The notes beneath the pieces were generated by a model. It was not told the DNA's origin. It did no database searches and worked only from the letters and a program-made list of their open reading frames with translations. From contig JAZGFI010000103.1 in assembly GCA_036479435.1 (NCBI GenBank), positions 64,001 to 128,000 on the forward strand: a stretch of 64,000 bases of DNA, given 5' to 3'. The stretch comes from Planctomycetota bacterium. GTDB lineage: Bacteria; Planctomycetota; GCA-002687715; DRQF01. Each line of letters opens with the position of its first letter. Positions within the stretch are counted from its first letter, which is position 1. The translations under genes and the position numbers were made by a program. This document shows, piece by piece, positions 28,103 through 37,177 of this stretch.

Positions 28103-30037
28103 ATGAAACATCTCATCTATCTAACTTCGTTCTTGGGAGCCTTGCTCCTAGCCACCAGCCTGGTCTTTGCGCACGGCGGGAATTACACCGGTCCCGGCGG
28201 CACCGGCAGCAGCGGTGGCTTTTCACCATCGGGCGGCGGTACGCCCGGACCTGGGCCGGCTCCGGGAGGAGGCTCCACTCCTGGCGGCGGAGGAAACGGT
28301 GGTGGAGCCACTCCCCGCGGCAGCGGGTTGCCTGGAGGCCCCCCGGGTCCTGGAGGCGGCCTACCCGGTGGCGGGGGCTTTGGCGGTGGCCCTGGAAACG
28401 CCACGGGCGGCGGCAAGAAAAAGCCCTCTGACTCCAACACCACCTGGGCCGCTTGGTGGTTCTTCAACGACGATCGTTTCTTGAACCTCAAGGCCAAGAT
28501 CCGGGCCGAGCGCGCCACGACCGATATCGACGATGCCTTCATGGGATCGGACACGTCTGATTTGGGTCACAACAAACTCTCCGCTCGCAAGATTCGCGAC
28601 GGTGTTCTTCCCGTGCTGCGCTTAGCGCTCAAAGACGGCCACTACGATACTCGTGCAGCCGCCGTCATCGCCTTAGGTAAGGCCGGAATGCCCGACGATC
28701 TGGCGGAGATTAAGACGCTCCTCGGCGACCGCGACAAGCGCGTGCGCGAGTCATCGGCCTTGGCACTCGGCATCTTGGGCAACAAAAAAGCCCTACCCGA
28801 ACTCATCGCCATCATGAACAACACAGCGTGGGCCCGAAAAGAACTGCGTCAAGGAGGCGAAGTTCTGCCGCGCACGCGCGCCTTCGCCGCCATGGCCTTG
28901 GGACTGATCGGTGGTCGTACGGACATTTCTGACACCGCCGCTTTCACCGCCCTCGTTCAACTCATGAACGACAAGCACACCACAAAGGCCCAGATCGATC
29001 TCACTGTGGGGCCCATCGTTGCGCTCGGGATCATGAACGACAAAGCCGCCGTACCTGAGCTCGTACGCTACCTTGAAAATCGTGAAAACCGCACCACCGC
29101 CCGCGCCTACGCTGCCATTTCGCTCGGGAAACTCGGCGACCGTTCCGCGACGGCTTCCTTGCTCCGCGCTCTCAAGGCCAAGCACGGCGCCATCGTCGAA
29201 TCCGCCGCGATCGCTTTGGGACAGATCCTTGAACCTAGCGACAAAAAGGCGGTCAAGCGCCTGCGTCGACTGGTTGCAAGCTCTCCCATTCAGTCGGTGC
29301 GCAACTTCGCCATCATGTCCTTGGGTCAAATCGGCGGTGAAGAGAACCGTCAATTCCTCACCACTACCGTCACTCGCGGCAAAGCCCTCCAACGTCCTTT
29401 CGCCTCGATGGCACTCGGCGTCTTTTACTACAACCACCCGCACTACGATCATCGCAAGGCAACCGGCATTCTGCTTCATGGCGAATTCAAAGCCACCAAG
29501 AACCCCTCTGAACTCGGCGCACATGCGATTGCCCTGGGGCTGATGCAGTTTGACACCGCTGGTGCCGACATTCTGAAGACCCTAAACAAGGGCGGCCAGG
29601 CCTCGATGCGCCAACACCTAGCGATCTCTTTGGGGCTCATGAGCTACCAAGACGCCATCCCGGACATCCGTACCCTCGTGGAGGAAAAGGGCGATGTTGA
29701 CTTGCGACGCAATGCTGCGATCGCCCTCGGTCTGCTCGGCGACCGCGGTGCGATGAGTTTCCTAAGTGAGCAAATCGCCGACTCTGCGAATTCGCAGGCG
29801 GTCCTCGGGGCCGTGACGCGAGGCCTCGGCTTCATCGGCGATGCCAGTGCTGTCCCGCTTCTGACTGAAATGGTTCGCGACGCCAAAAAGTACAAGGACA
29901 ACACACGCGCCTTTTCGGCCGTTGCCTTGGGGCTCTTGGGCGACAAAGACCCGCTGCCTTTCACGACAGCCATCGCCGAGAACAACAACTACATCCAGCG
30001 CACGGACGCCATCCGCGAGCTCCTCACTATCCTTTAA
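28103..30037 (+). CDS. Secreted HEAT-repeat protein with Gly/Pro-rich linker (copy B, tandem paralogue)
   Basis: Same architecture; shares HGGNYTGPGGTG, TWAAWWFFNDDRFLNLKAK and ENNNYIQRTDAIRE with copy A. Confidence 0.9.
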   Translation: MKHLIYLTSFLGALLLATSLVFAHGGNYTGPGGTGSSGGFSPSGGGTPGPGPAPGGGSTPGGGGNGGGATPRGSGLPGGPPGPGGGLPGGGGFGGGPGNATGGGKKKPSDSNTTWAAWWFFNDDRFLNLKAKIRAERATTDIDDAFMGSDTSDLGHNKLSARKIRDGVLPVLRLALKDGHYDTRAAAVIALGKAGMPDDLAEIKTLLGDRDKRVRESSALALGILGNKKALPELIAIMNNTAWARKELRQGGEVLPRTRAFAAMALGLIGGRTDISDTAAFTALVQLMNDKHTTKAQIDLTVGPIVALGIMNDKAAVPELVRYLENRENRTTARAYAAISLGKLGDRSATASLLRALKAKHGAIVESAAIALGQILEPSDKKAVKRLRRLVASSPIQSVRNFAIMSLGQIGGEENRQFLTTTVTRGKALQRPFASMALGVFYYNHPHYDHRKATGILLHGEFKATKNPSELGAHAIALGLMQFDTAGADILKTLNKGGQASMRQHLAISLGLMSYQDAIPDIRTLVEEKGDVDLRRNAAIALGLLGDRGAMSFLSEQIADSANSQAVLGAVTRGLGFIGDASAVPLLTEMVRDAKKYKDNTRAFSAVALGLLGDKDPLPFTTAIAENNNYIQRTDAIRELLTIL

Positions 30038-30043
30038 ACCCAA

Positions 30044-30141
30044 GCGGTGCCTAGCACCGCGACCTCATCAATCGGTGTTTAGCACCGCGCGTCACTTGCC
30101 TGTACCTGGCACTCAATAGTGACGGCGTGGTGCCTGGCACC
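30044..30141. repeat. Four 13-nt REP-like palindromes (GGTGCCT[A/G]GCACC) at a 27-28 nt period
   Basis: Units start at 30046, 30074, 30101 and 30129, between convergent genes. Confidence 0.7.
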
Positions 30142-30147
30142 CAATAA

Positions 30148-30651
30148 TCAGATTCGTCTTAGCCAAAAGGCCAAGGAGATGGCGATGAGGAGACCGGCGG
30201 TGAGGGCGATCCAGGAACGCTTTTGAAGACCGGCTGCAGAGTCGAGGTATTGCTCGGCATTTTTCGTTTGGGTGCGGTAGTGCTGGATAACGTCTTCGCG
30301 ATCATCGAGAGAGGCGGCGCGCCGAAAGGCGTCGACGGCCGCGCGGTGATGGTTTTGCGAACCGAGAATGGCACCCTTCAATCCCCAGTTAAGGGATTGT
30401 TTGGCGTCGAGTTCAATGGCGCGTTCAGCACTTTTGAGAGCGGAATCGAGGTCGCCGAGATCGCGAAAAGCGGACGACAAAAAATGGTGACCCCAGGGAT
30501 CGCGCGGAAATGTTTGCGTGTGAGTTCTGAGATTTTCGATGGGCCGAGAAGAATTGGCGAAAATTTCCTGGGCGCGTAGGTAGTCCGAAGGCGAGGCGTC
30601 GTTTTGTACGCCAGCACTGAACAGAGCACAGACTAGGGCAAGGGAAAACAT
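30148..30651 (-). CDS. Small exported TPR protein with C-terminal TM anchor
   Basis: Signal peptide, 'ALKSAERAIELD' TPRs, terminal hydrophobic helix plus RR. Confidence 0.75.
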   Translation of the reverse strand: MFSLALVCALFSAGVQNDASPSDYLRAQEIFANSSRPIENLRTHTQTFPRDPWGHHFLSSAFRDLGDLDSALKSAERAIELDAKQSLNWGLKGAILGSQNHHRAAVDAFRRAASLDDREDVIQHYRTQTKNAEQYLDSAAGLQKRSWIALTAGLLIAISLAFWLRRI

Positions 30652-30656
30652 GCCAG

Positions 30657-32255
30657 CTAGTCTCCTTTGAGCCAGCGGTCGGTGAGGGACTCGACGGGCG
30701 CGTGGTGGTCGCGAAGGATCGGAGCTTCGGAAGATGGGCTAAAGTCGCTGCTAAAACGCGCGGCGTAGCGACCCGTGCTTTGGAGGTTTTTTGGAAACAC
30801 CTTGGCGGAAGGCCAGGCGACCGGGCCATGGGGTCGCGCCCACATCATCGTGTTGCCCCACCATTGCACCGGCGTCACGCGCAAATGCTCGTAGCCGCCG
30901 TCCTGCAGGCTGCGTCCGATGCTCTGAATCAGGCCTTGGCCGAGATCCGTACCACTGACGTTGAGGGCGAGAATGCCACCGGGAGCCAGACGCTTTTTTG
31001 TCAGCTTAAAGAACTCGGTCGTGACGAGGTGGAAAGGGATGTCGATCTGGCGGGCGTAGGCGTCGACGATGATCAAGTCGTAGAGTTGAGTGCTCGCCGC
31101 CAAAAAAGCCCGGCCATCCAAGGCTAGGCTGCGGTCGTGGGGCCCCTTTTCGTAGCCGAAACGCTCCTCAAGTCCGATGACAGCGGGATCAATCTCAACG
31201 TTGATGATGGAGGCGACGTGCTCGTCCCAAAGGGTACGAAAAAGGCGGGCCATGGTTCCGGCTCCGCTTCCCAAGACCGCGATGCGGATCGCCTTGTCGG
31301 CGGCAAAAAGTCCGGGCAAGAGCGCGAAGGTGTCGTAGTACTTGCCGCCGGTGGTGTCGGCGTCTTTGAGTAGGAGCGAGTGAAACTCGTTAACGCCTTC
31401 ATCAATACGAAGCAGCAATTCCGTCTCGCCAGCGAGAGCTGGTTCAACCGGTTCGGCCTCGACGAGACGTAGATACTGATAGGCCGTTTCGTACTCGATG
31501 AGTTTCGACTCGCCACCTAGGGCCGGTCGCAGCGGCCGCCCATTCAAGCCCAAGCCAGATAACAACAGCAAGATGCCCAAAGCTGCGGCGGTCTTTCCTT
31601 GGGTCTTGCCTCGAAGCAACAAGAACGCGGCCGGCAGGCCTAAGAACGCACCAGCGATCAACAGTGAGGCTCGGGAGCCGACCGTCGGAATAAGGAAATA
31701 GGTCGGCAGAAAGGTCCCCAGAAGGCTGCCGAAAGTGCCAACGCCGAAGACCAAGCCAGAGGCGCGTCCGGCATCGATATTCGGCATCGCGGCGAGCCGG
31801 GCCACGATCTGCGGCGTAACCGAGGCTAAAAGGAATGCCGGTGGTGCGAAAAGAAAAAGTGAGACAACCAAAGAGCCCATTTGAAGGCCGCGGCGAAGCG
31901 CGGTCGCGTCGACCGATGCCTCGGGTGCCGGCAATAGCCAGGTACTAAGCAAGGGGACGAGCCAGGGGATGAGGGCGGCGCAGCCCGCCGCCCCGATGAG
32001 GTGAAAGGCAACCCGGCGCGGAGCCCGCGGGCGATGGGCGAGCTTGCCGCCAAACTGATAACCGAGAGCTAAGGCGAACAGAATAACGCCGATGACGTTC
32101 GTCCAGACAAAGCTGGAGCTGCCGAAATAGGGCTGCATGATGCGAGGTGCGGTGAGCTCAAAGAGCATGGTTCCCGCGCCCGCCGCGAAGGCAACAAACA
32201 GCCAGCTCGTCAGCGACGGGCTGGCTTGAGAATCGCTTGACGTTGGTTCGCTCAC
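30657..32255 (-). CDS. Fused MFS/spermidine-synthase-like membrane methyltransferase-fold protein
   Basis: N-terminal TMs ('PYFGSSSFVW..IG'), SAM motif 'VLGSGAG', 'VEIDP', 'IVDAY', 'PFHLVT.EFF', 'DHHAPVE'; start uncertain. Confidence 0.85.
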   Translation of the reverse strand: MSEPTSSDSQASPSLTSWLFVAFAAGAGTMLFELTAPRIMQPYFGSSSFVWTNVIGVILFALALGYQFGGKLAHRPRAPRRVAFHLIGAAGCAALIPWLVPLLSTWLLPAPEASVDATALRRGLQMGSLVVSLFLFAPPAFLLASVTPQIVARLAAMPNIDAGRASGLVFGVGTFGSLLGTFLPTYFLIPTVGSRASLLIAGAFLGLPAAFLLLRGKTQGKTAAALGILLLLSGLGLNGRPLRPALGGESKLIEYETAYQYLRLVEAEPVEPALAGETELLLRIDEGVNEFHSLLLKDADTTGGKYYDTFALLPGLFAADKAIRIAVLGSGAGTMARLFRTLWDEHVASIINVEIDPAVIGLEERFGYEKGPHDRSLALDGRAFLAASTQLYDLIIVDAYARQIDIPFHLVTTEFFKLTKKRLAPGGILALNVSGTDLGQGLIQSIGRSLQDGGYEHLRVTPVQWWGNTMMWARPHGPVAWPSAKVFPKNLQSTGRYAARFSSDFSPSSEAPILRDHHAPVESLTDRWLKGD

Positions 32256-32277
32256 GACGGCTGAGGATCGCAAGAGC

Positions 32278-33867
32278 CTAGCTCTTTTCCTCTTCCTTTT
32301 TCTCATCGCCCTCTTCGGTTTTGGCGTTCTGCTCTGCAGGTGACAGCTCGGTCACGACGATTGTCGTCGTCTTAAAACGCACCGTATCGTAGGGGCGGCC
32401 GCGCATCGACCTGATCATTTCCGACACTGATCGCGCCGGGATTTTGGCGATTACAGGGATTCCGTTGGCAAAGATCCGCACGGGGCGATCTAAGTCCAAT
32501 ATCTCATCGTTCAAGAAGAAGGAGAGGCTGTGCACGCCGTCACCGGTCACGCGAATGGTATTCGCTTCCTTGTCGATCTCGAACAAGATGTCGATCGCAC
32601 CTTCGTTTTTCTCGCGGCCAATGTCGTGCCCGTTGATGCGGACGTAAGAAGCAGATCTGAAGATCGGGTTGTCGGTCACAATCCGCATTTTGGGCGGATA
32701 GGCTTCGAGTTTTTTGCCTTCAATGAAGGCGGCAATTTTGTCAGCCGCGTCCCACACGGGGTCAATGATCTGCCCCCCTAAGACCTTGGTGTTGAGCTTT
32801 TCAGGCGCGTCGAGCTCGAGAATTTCGGCATTCCACTTTTGCTCCACAACGATCTTTTTGAAGGCGGCCCATTCTTCGGCGCGGGTCTTACCGTCGCGCT
32901 CCTTTTTGTGCGGCTTGCGGTGGATCAGCAGCGTGGGCAGCTGGGCTAAACCGGGAAACAACGCCTTTTTTTGCAAGACGCCCTGTCGCGCAATCACTCC
33001 AGCGAAACTGTCGATGCCAAAAAGAGCGGCCAACTCTAATGCCATCGTCGCGCCTCGGCCGCTGCCTTCGACGAAAACCCGCTCAATATCGATGTTGAAG
33101 GACTGTTGCACCGTCCGTAACGGCCTGACCATCGCTTGGGCGTGCAGCGCATCGAACCACTTAAAATCGCGTTCCGCGGCGTTCTTGCTCTTTCTACTTT
33201 TGTCGGAAATAGTCGGCGCGATGATGATGAACTTGTCAGCAACGGCCCGAGTAGCTTTGTTCGCGAGCCAGACTTTGTTGATGTAGTCTTTGCCCGTGCC
33301 GTAGACGCGTGCAGATTTTCGGTCGTGGAAGCAGAGGATGACCGGCCAGGAGACCTTAGGGTCGTATTTTTTGGGAACCGAGACCGCATATTCAAACTCG
33401 ACGGCTTCGCCCTGGACTTTGAAGCTGACGCGGCTGACCGAAACGCCCTTTTTCATTTTCTTGGCTTTCATGCGCGCCGTGTGATGCTCGGCGTGCAGGG
33501 TATTCCAGGCTTCCGTGTCGGCGAGCGCGTCGCCTACCCCCTTTTTCTCGGACCATTTCTCCAAGGCCTCGCGGAGTTTTCGTACGCCGCTATTGTTCCC
33601 CTTTTCCATCGCCTTTAGGTAGAGCGGACGGATCATCTTCAGGTCGCCTTTGGAGAGTTTGGCTTTCGGTTTCGATTCCGATTTTTCTTGGTCCTGAGCC
33701 CTTAGGGTCGTGGCTGCCAACATGAGACCAGCCAGCGCTAGCCCTAGTGAAAACAAGCTGAACCATCTCGGCTGGCAAGGCGATGAGTCTGGGGTTGAGT
33801 TTGAGTCTGAGTCTGAATTCATTGGGAACGATTCGCCCTGGCGGTGTGCGGTGAAGGCGCTGGTCAT
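32278..33867 (-). CDS. Secreted alpha/beta-hydrolase-fold protein with degenerate nucleophile elbow
   Basis: GAGGAG RBS; 'VPKKYDP..WPVILCFH', 'IIIAP', 'NIDIERVFVEGSGRGA', 'DLDRPV....NG'. Confidence 0.7.
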   Translation of the reverse strand: MTSAFTAHRQGESFPMNSDSDSNSTPDSSPCQPRWFSLFSLGLALAGLMLAATTLRAQDQEKSESKPKAKLSKGDLKMIRPLYLKAMEKGNNSGVRKLREALEKWSEKKGVGDALADTEAWNTLHAEHHTARMKAKKMKKGVSVSRVSFKVQGEAVEFEYAVSVPKKYDPKVSWPVILCFHDRKSARVYGTGKDYINKVWLANKATRAVADKFIIIAPTISDKSRKSKNAAERDFKWFDALHAQAMVRPLRTVQQSFNIDIERVFVEGSGRGATMALELAALFGIDSFAGVIARQGVLQKKALFPGLAQLPTLLIHRKPHKKERDGKTRAEEWAAFKKIVVEQKWNAEILELDAPEKLNTKVLGGQIIDPVWDAADKIAAFIEGKKLEAYPPKMRIVTDNPIFRSASYVRINGHDIGREKNEGAIDILFEIDKEANTIRVTGDGVHSLSFFLNDEILDLDRPVRIFANGIPVIAKIPARSVSEMIRSMRGRPYDTVRFKTTTIVVTELSPAEQNAKTEEGDEKKEEEKS

Positions 33868-33932
33868 TTTTTGCTTACTCCTCGTGCGAGAGTCGAAATT
33901 CTATCGGGGGCGGTGTGAAGCCGCAAATCCCC

Positions 33933-35510
33933 TCAACTTCCGCGCTTTCGGTTCTTGATTTGACCCAGATAATACAGGCTGCGCCAACGTGGGCTCTTTG
34001 CTCCCGCTTTCCGTGACCGCCTCACGACCTCCTCGAAGGCTGCGGCGGCCAAAAGGTCACGGTTTTGGCCAAAGTAAAGGACTCCGAGGTTTTCACGCGC
34101 ATCGAGATGGCTCACGTCGTGGTCCAAGGCCATCACAAAGGCCGCTTGAGCATCCTTGATACGTTTCACTCCGTTTAAGCAGAGACCATAGTCGTTATAG
34201 AAACTGGACAAACGATCAGGGGTATCCCTGGCGGTCCGACAGAGGCTCTCGAAGATGGCGACGGCGTCATCGAGTTTTCCGAGATTTTTCAACAAATTGG
34301 CGTAATTGGCCCGAAAACTCGCATTCTCGGGCGCGGCGGCTTGCAGGAGTTCCTGCACGGAAACCGCCGCGGCGTAGTCTCGCTTGTCGACATAGGCTTT
34401 GACGACCCAGTTAGCACTGTCTTGGAGGTTTGTGTCGCCGGGGTGATCGCCAAGAGCCTTGCGGATCACGACGTGCGCTTCGGCCTGTTGGCCCAATTGA
34501 AGCAGTGCCGTCACCAGGTATCGCGGGGCGCTGGCGTTTTGGGGCCAACTTTTCAACACCCTTCGAGCGCTGGCCGCGGACTTTTCGAAATCGCTCGCCA
34601 ATCCGTAGGTAAGGCTGAGGTAAAACTCAGGTAGCGGATCGTCAGCGCCTTTTCGCGCCTCGGCTTCAAACGCCCTTCTGCGGGCGGCAAGAGCATTCCC
34701 CTGGAGCCAGTAGCGCTCCAAAATTGACCAAGGTTCGTAGCGCCCCAACTCGGCCGCCTTGGGTACAAGCTCGGCGAACATCTCGCCGGCAGCCTGGTAC
34801 CGCTCTAGCCTCACGAGCACTTCGAGCCGGCGGATGAGATGTTGGTAACGGCGATCACCTATTTGGATGGCCGCATCGCTAACCCTCAAGAAGCGATCGA
34901 ACTTCCCGGCCAAAAAGCAACTGGCCAACTCCAAGTTGAGCAGGGCTTTTGCATCGTGTTGGCCCTTGGCTTCGTCGACTTCAGCTAAGGCGCGCGCGTA
35001 GCGCCCCGCGGTCAAAAAACAGGTCGCAGCTTCAGCGTGATAAGCGCCCGTCGCCCCACTCTCTCCGTTCTTCAGAGCCGCTGACCGTCGCGCCGCATCT
35101 TGAAAGTGGATGCCCGCCTCAATGAGGTCGGTTTCATAGCCGGCACGGTTTTCTCGAAACTTGAGCATGCCCTTTCTTTGCTCAATGCGCGCGACCATTG
35201 CCCAGGGCTCGGCACGTTCTTCGTGGATCTTGGAGGCCTCGTAAAAAAGGCCCATGGAACGGCTCGACTCGTGCTGCGCAAACAGGGCCCTCCCGAGGCC
35301 CATGAGGTCATCGTAGCTTCGGCCAGCACTATGGATACGACGCTCAAAGGCGACAACGGCGTCGGCGAAATGGCCCGTCTCAAGCAGTGCACTTGCCGCC
35401 TTGTACGAAGGCGCTTGGACTTGTCCTGAGACCGGCAGAACGCCCGCCGCCAAGCCGGCGAATACCAAGATGAAGGGGACGAGGGTCCCGGGTTGTCTGG
35501 GCCTCAACAT
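33933..35510 (-). CDS. Secreted TPR-repeat protein (alternative start 35564)
   Basis: Signal peptide; multiple TPRs ('LMGLGRALF', 'NYANLLKNLGKLDDA', 'ARENLGVLY'). Confidence 0.8.
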   Translation of the reverse strand: MLRPRQPGTLVPFILVFAGLAAGVLPVSGQVQAPSYKAASALLETGHFADAVVAFERRIHSAGRSYDDLMGLGRALFAQHESSRSMGLFYEASKIHEERAEPWAMVARIEQRKGMLKFRENRAGYETDLIEAGIHFQDAARRSAALKNGESGATGAYHAEAATCFLTAGRYARALAEVDEAKGQHDAKALLNLELASCFLAGKFDRFLRVSDAAIQIGDRRYQHLIRRLEVLVRLERYQAAGEMFAELVPKAAELGRYEPWSILERYWLQGNALAARRRAFEAEARKGADDPLPEFYLSLTYGLASDFEKSAASARRVLKSWPQNASAPRYLVTALLQLGQQAEAHVVIRKALGDHPGDTNLQDSANWVVKAYVDKRDYAAAVSVQELLQAAAPENASFRANYANLLKNLGKLDDAVAIFESLCRTARDTPDRLSSFYNDYGLCLNGVKRIKDAQAAFVMALDHDVSHLDARENLGVLYFGQNRDLLAAAAFEEVVRRSRKAGAKSPRWRSLYYLGQIKNRKRGS

Positions 35511-35775
35511 CGTCCAAGCCTCCCGCAAATTTGACTTGCTCACCTCGCCGGCAGATCTTGCCACCGGAACGGCTGGCCGAGCGATTTCTTGCCACCTTGT
35601 TACCCGGGGGTGACGCCAATTGCCAATGGTGGATTGGCTGAGGCCTCAGCCCCCGGGAACCTTCCTTCCTCTCTGTTGCCTGTGAGCGCCGCCAAACGCT
35701 CTACTTCCCCGTTCTTCGGGGCGCTTTGACCGGCGTCACCGCCGAGAAAGCGCCAGACCGCGGAGTTTGTCCGGG

Positions 35776-35929
35776 CTTGTGCACTCGGGAACTAAGCAAG
35801 CGGCGTGCCGCGTTGCCCCTGTTTTGAGCTTGTGCACTAAGGAACTGAGCAAGCGACGCGCCGCGTTGCCCCTGTTTCAAACTTGTGCGCCAAGGAACTG
35901 AGCAAGCGGCGCGCCGCGTTGCCCGATTT
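35776..35929. repeat. Three tandem 53-bp repeats, each with an internal GC hairpin
   Basis: Units start at 35776, 35829 and 35882: cttgtgc....ggaact.agcaagcg.cg.gccgcgttgccc. Confidence 0.92.
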
Positions 35930-35946
35930 AGAGGCCGTGCTATACT
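35919..35946 (+). promoter_or_regulatory. Putative sigma70 promoter of the dxr operon
   Basis: TTGCCC-N16-TATACT with an extended TGn -10 element. Confidence 0.55.
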
Positions 35947-36028
35947 TTCTTTCAAGTTTCCGCGCGGAAACCGCCTGCAAACAAGCGCTTACGAATTTTC
36001 CGGAACCTATCAGGATCGACACCAGGCG

Positions 36029-37177
36029 ATGAAAAACATCGGCCTCTTTGGATCGACGGGATCCATCGGAACGAACACCCTCAAGATCGTCGACGACCAC
36101 GGCGATCTTTTTCGCTGCGGTGTGCTCGCCGCCGGACGCAAGGCTGGCGACCTCGCTAAACAAGCTCTGCGTTACCGGCCCGACACCCTGGTCATGGGCG
36201 ATCCCGAAGCCCTCCCCGAGTTGCGGGAACAGCTCGGAGCGGAAGCCTCATCCTTCAGGCTCTTGGCGGGACCCGAGGGCCTGCGCGAAGCGGCAGCTGA
36301 TCCCCGATTGGACGTCGTCCTCTCGGGTGTCACGGGAGCTCAGGGGCTCCCCGTCAGCCTCGGTGCTCTGGACGCCGGGACGCGTTTGGGATTGGCGAAC
36401 AAAGAATCCATGGTCATGGCGGGGCCCTTGTTGAACGCGCTCGCCAAGGAAAAAAACACGGAGATCATCCCGGTCGACAGTGAGCATTCAGCTCTTTTTC
36501 AGTGCCTGTTGACGGGCGAACGCGCCGACGTCAAAAAACTCATCCTAACGGCTTCGGGCGGACCTTTTCGCGAACTCCCCAAAGAGAAGTTCAGCGAGGT
36601 CACGGTCGAACAAGCCCTCAAGCACCCCACCTGGGACATGGGCCCTAAGATCACGGTCGACTCGGCCACGATGATGAACAAAGCACTCGAGATCGTCGAG
36701 GCGCGTTGGCTATTCGGACTGCCGCGAGAAAATCTCGATGTCGTCGTCCATCCCCAGTCCATCGTGCATTCGATGGTGCTGTGGCAAGACGGCAGCGTCA
36801 TCAGTCAGATGGGGGCACCCGACATGCGCATCCCCATTCAATACGCGCTCAGCTATCCAGACCGTTTGGACAGCCGTGTCGAAACCTACAGCCCCGCGAT
36901 CTTTGACGGCTTGAACTTTTACGAGGCCGACCTCGAACGATTTACGTCCATTAGGTTGGGCTTTCATGCGGCCGAACACGGCGGCACCTACGGGGCCGTC
37001 CTCAACGCTGCCAACGAAGCCGCGGTCGAGATGTTCTTCGCCCGCGAACTCGGTTTTCAGGGCATCTTCGATCGAGTCGAAGCCGTTATGGAAAAACACA
37101 TCCCCATTGCCGAACCCGATCTCGAGTCGATCCTCGAGGCGGACGCATGGGCCCGTGAGGAAATTCATCGATGCTGA
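36029..37177 (+). CDS. dxr: 1-deoxy-D-xylulose-5-phosphate reductoisomerase
   Basis: 'GSTGSIG', 'LANKES', 'PVDSEH', 'HPTWDMGPKITVDSA', 'NAANE'. Confidence 0.98.
   Translation: MKNIGLFGSTGSIGTNTLKIVDDHGDLFRCGVLAAGRKAGDLAKQALRYRPDTLVMGDPEALPELREQLGAEASSFRLLAGPEGLREAAADPRLDVVLSGVTGAQGLPVSLGALDAGTRLGLANKESMVMAGPLLNALAKEKNTEIIPVDSEHSALFQCLLTGERADVKKLILTASGGPFRELPKEKFSEVTVEQALKHPTWDMGPKITVDSATMMNKALEIVEARWLFGLPRENLDVVVHPQSIVHSMVLWQDGSVISQMGAPDMRIPIQYALSYPDRLDSRVETYSPAIFDGLNFYEADLERFTSIRLGFHAAEHGGTYGAVLNAANEAAVEMFFARELGFQGIFDRVEAVMEKHIPIAEPDLESILEADAWAREEIHRC

Noticed and set aside
35776..35929. Possible CRISPR array (also considered for 30044-30141)
   Set aside because: The 53-bp units have no variable spacers; the other array has 13-nt repeats and ~15-nt spacers; no cas genes in the window.
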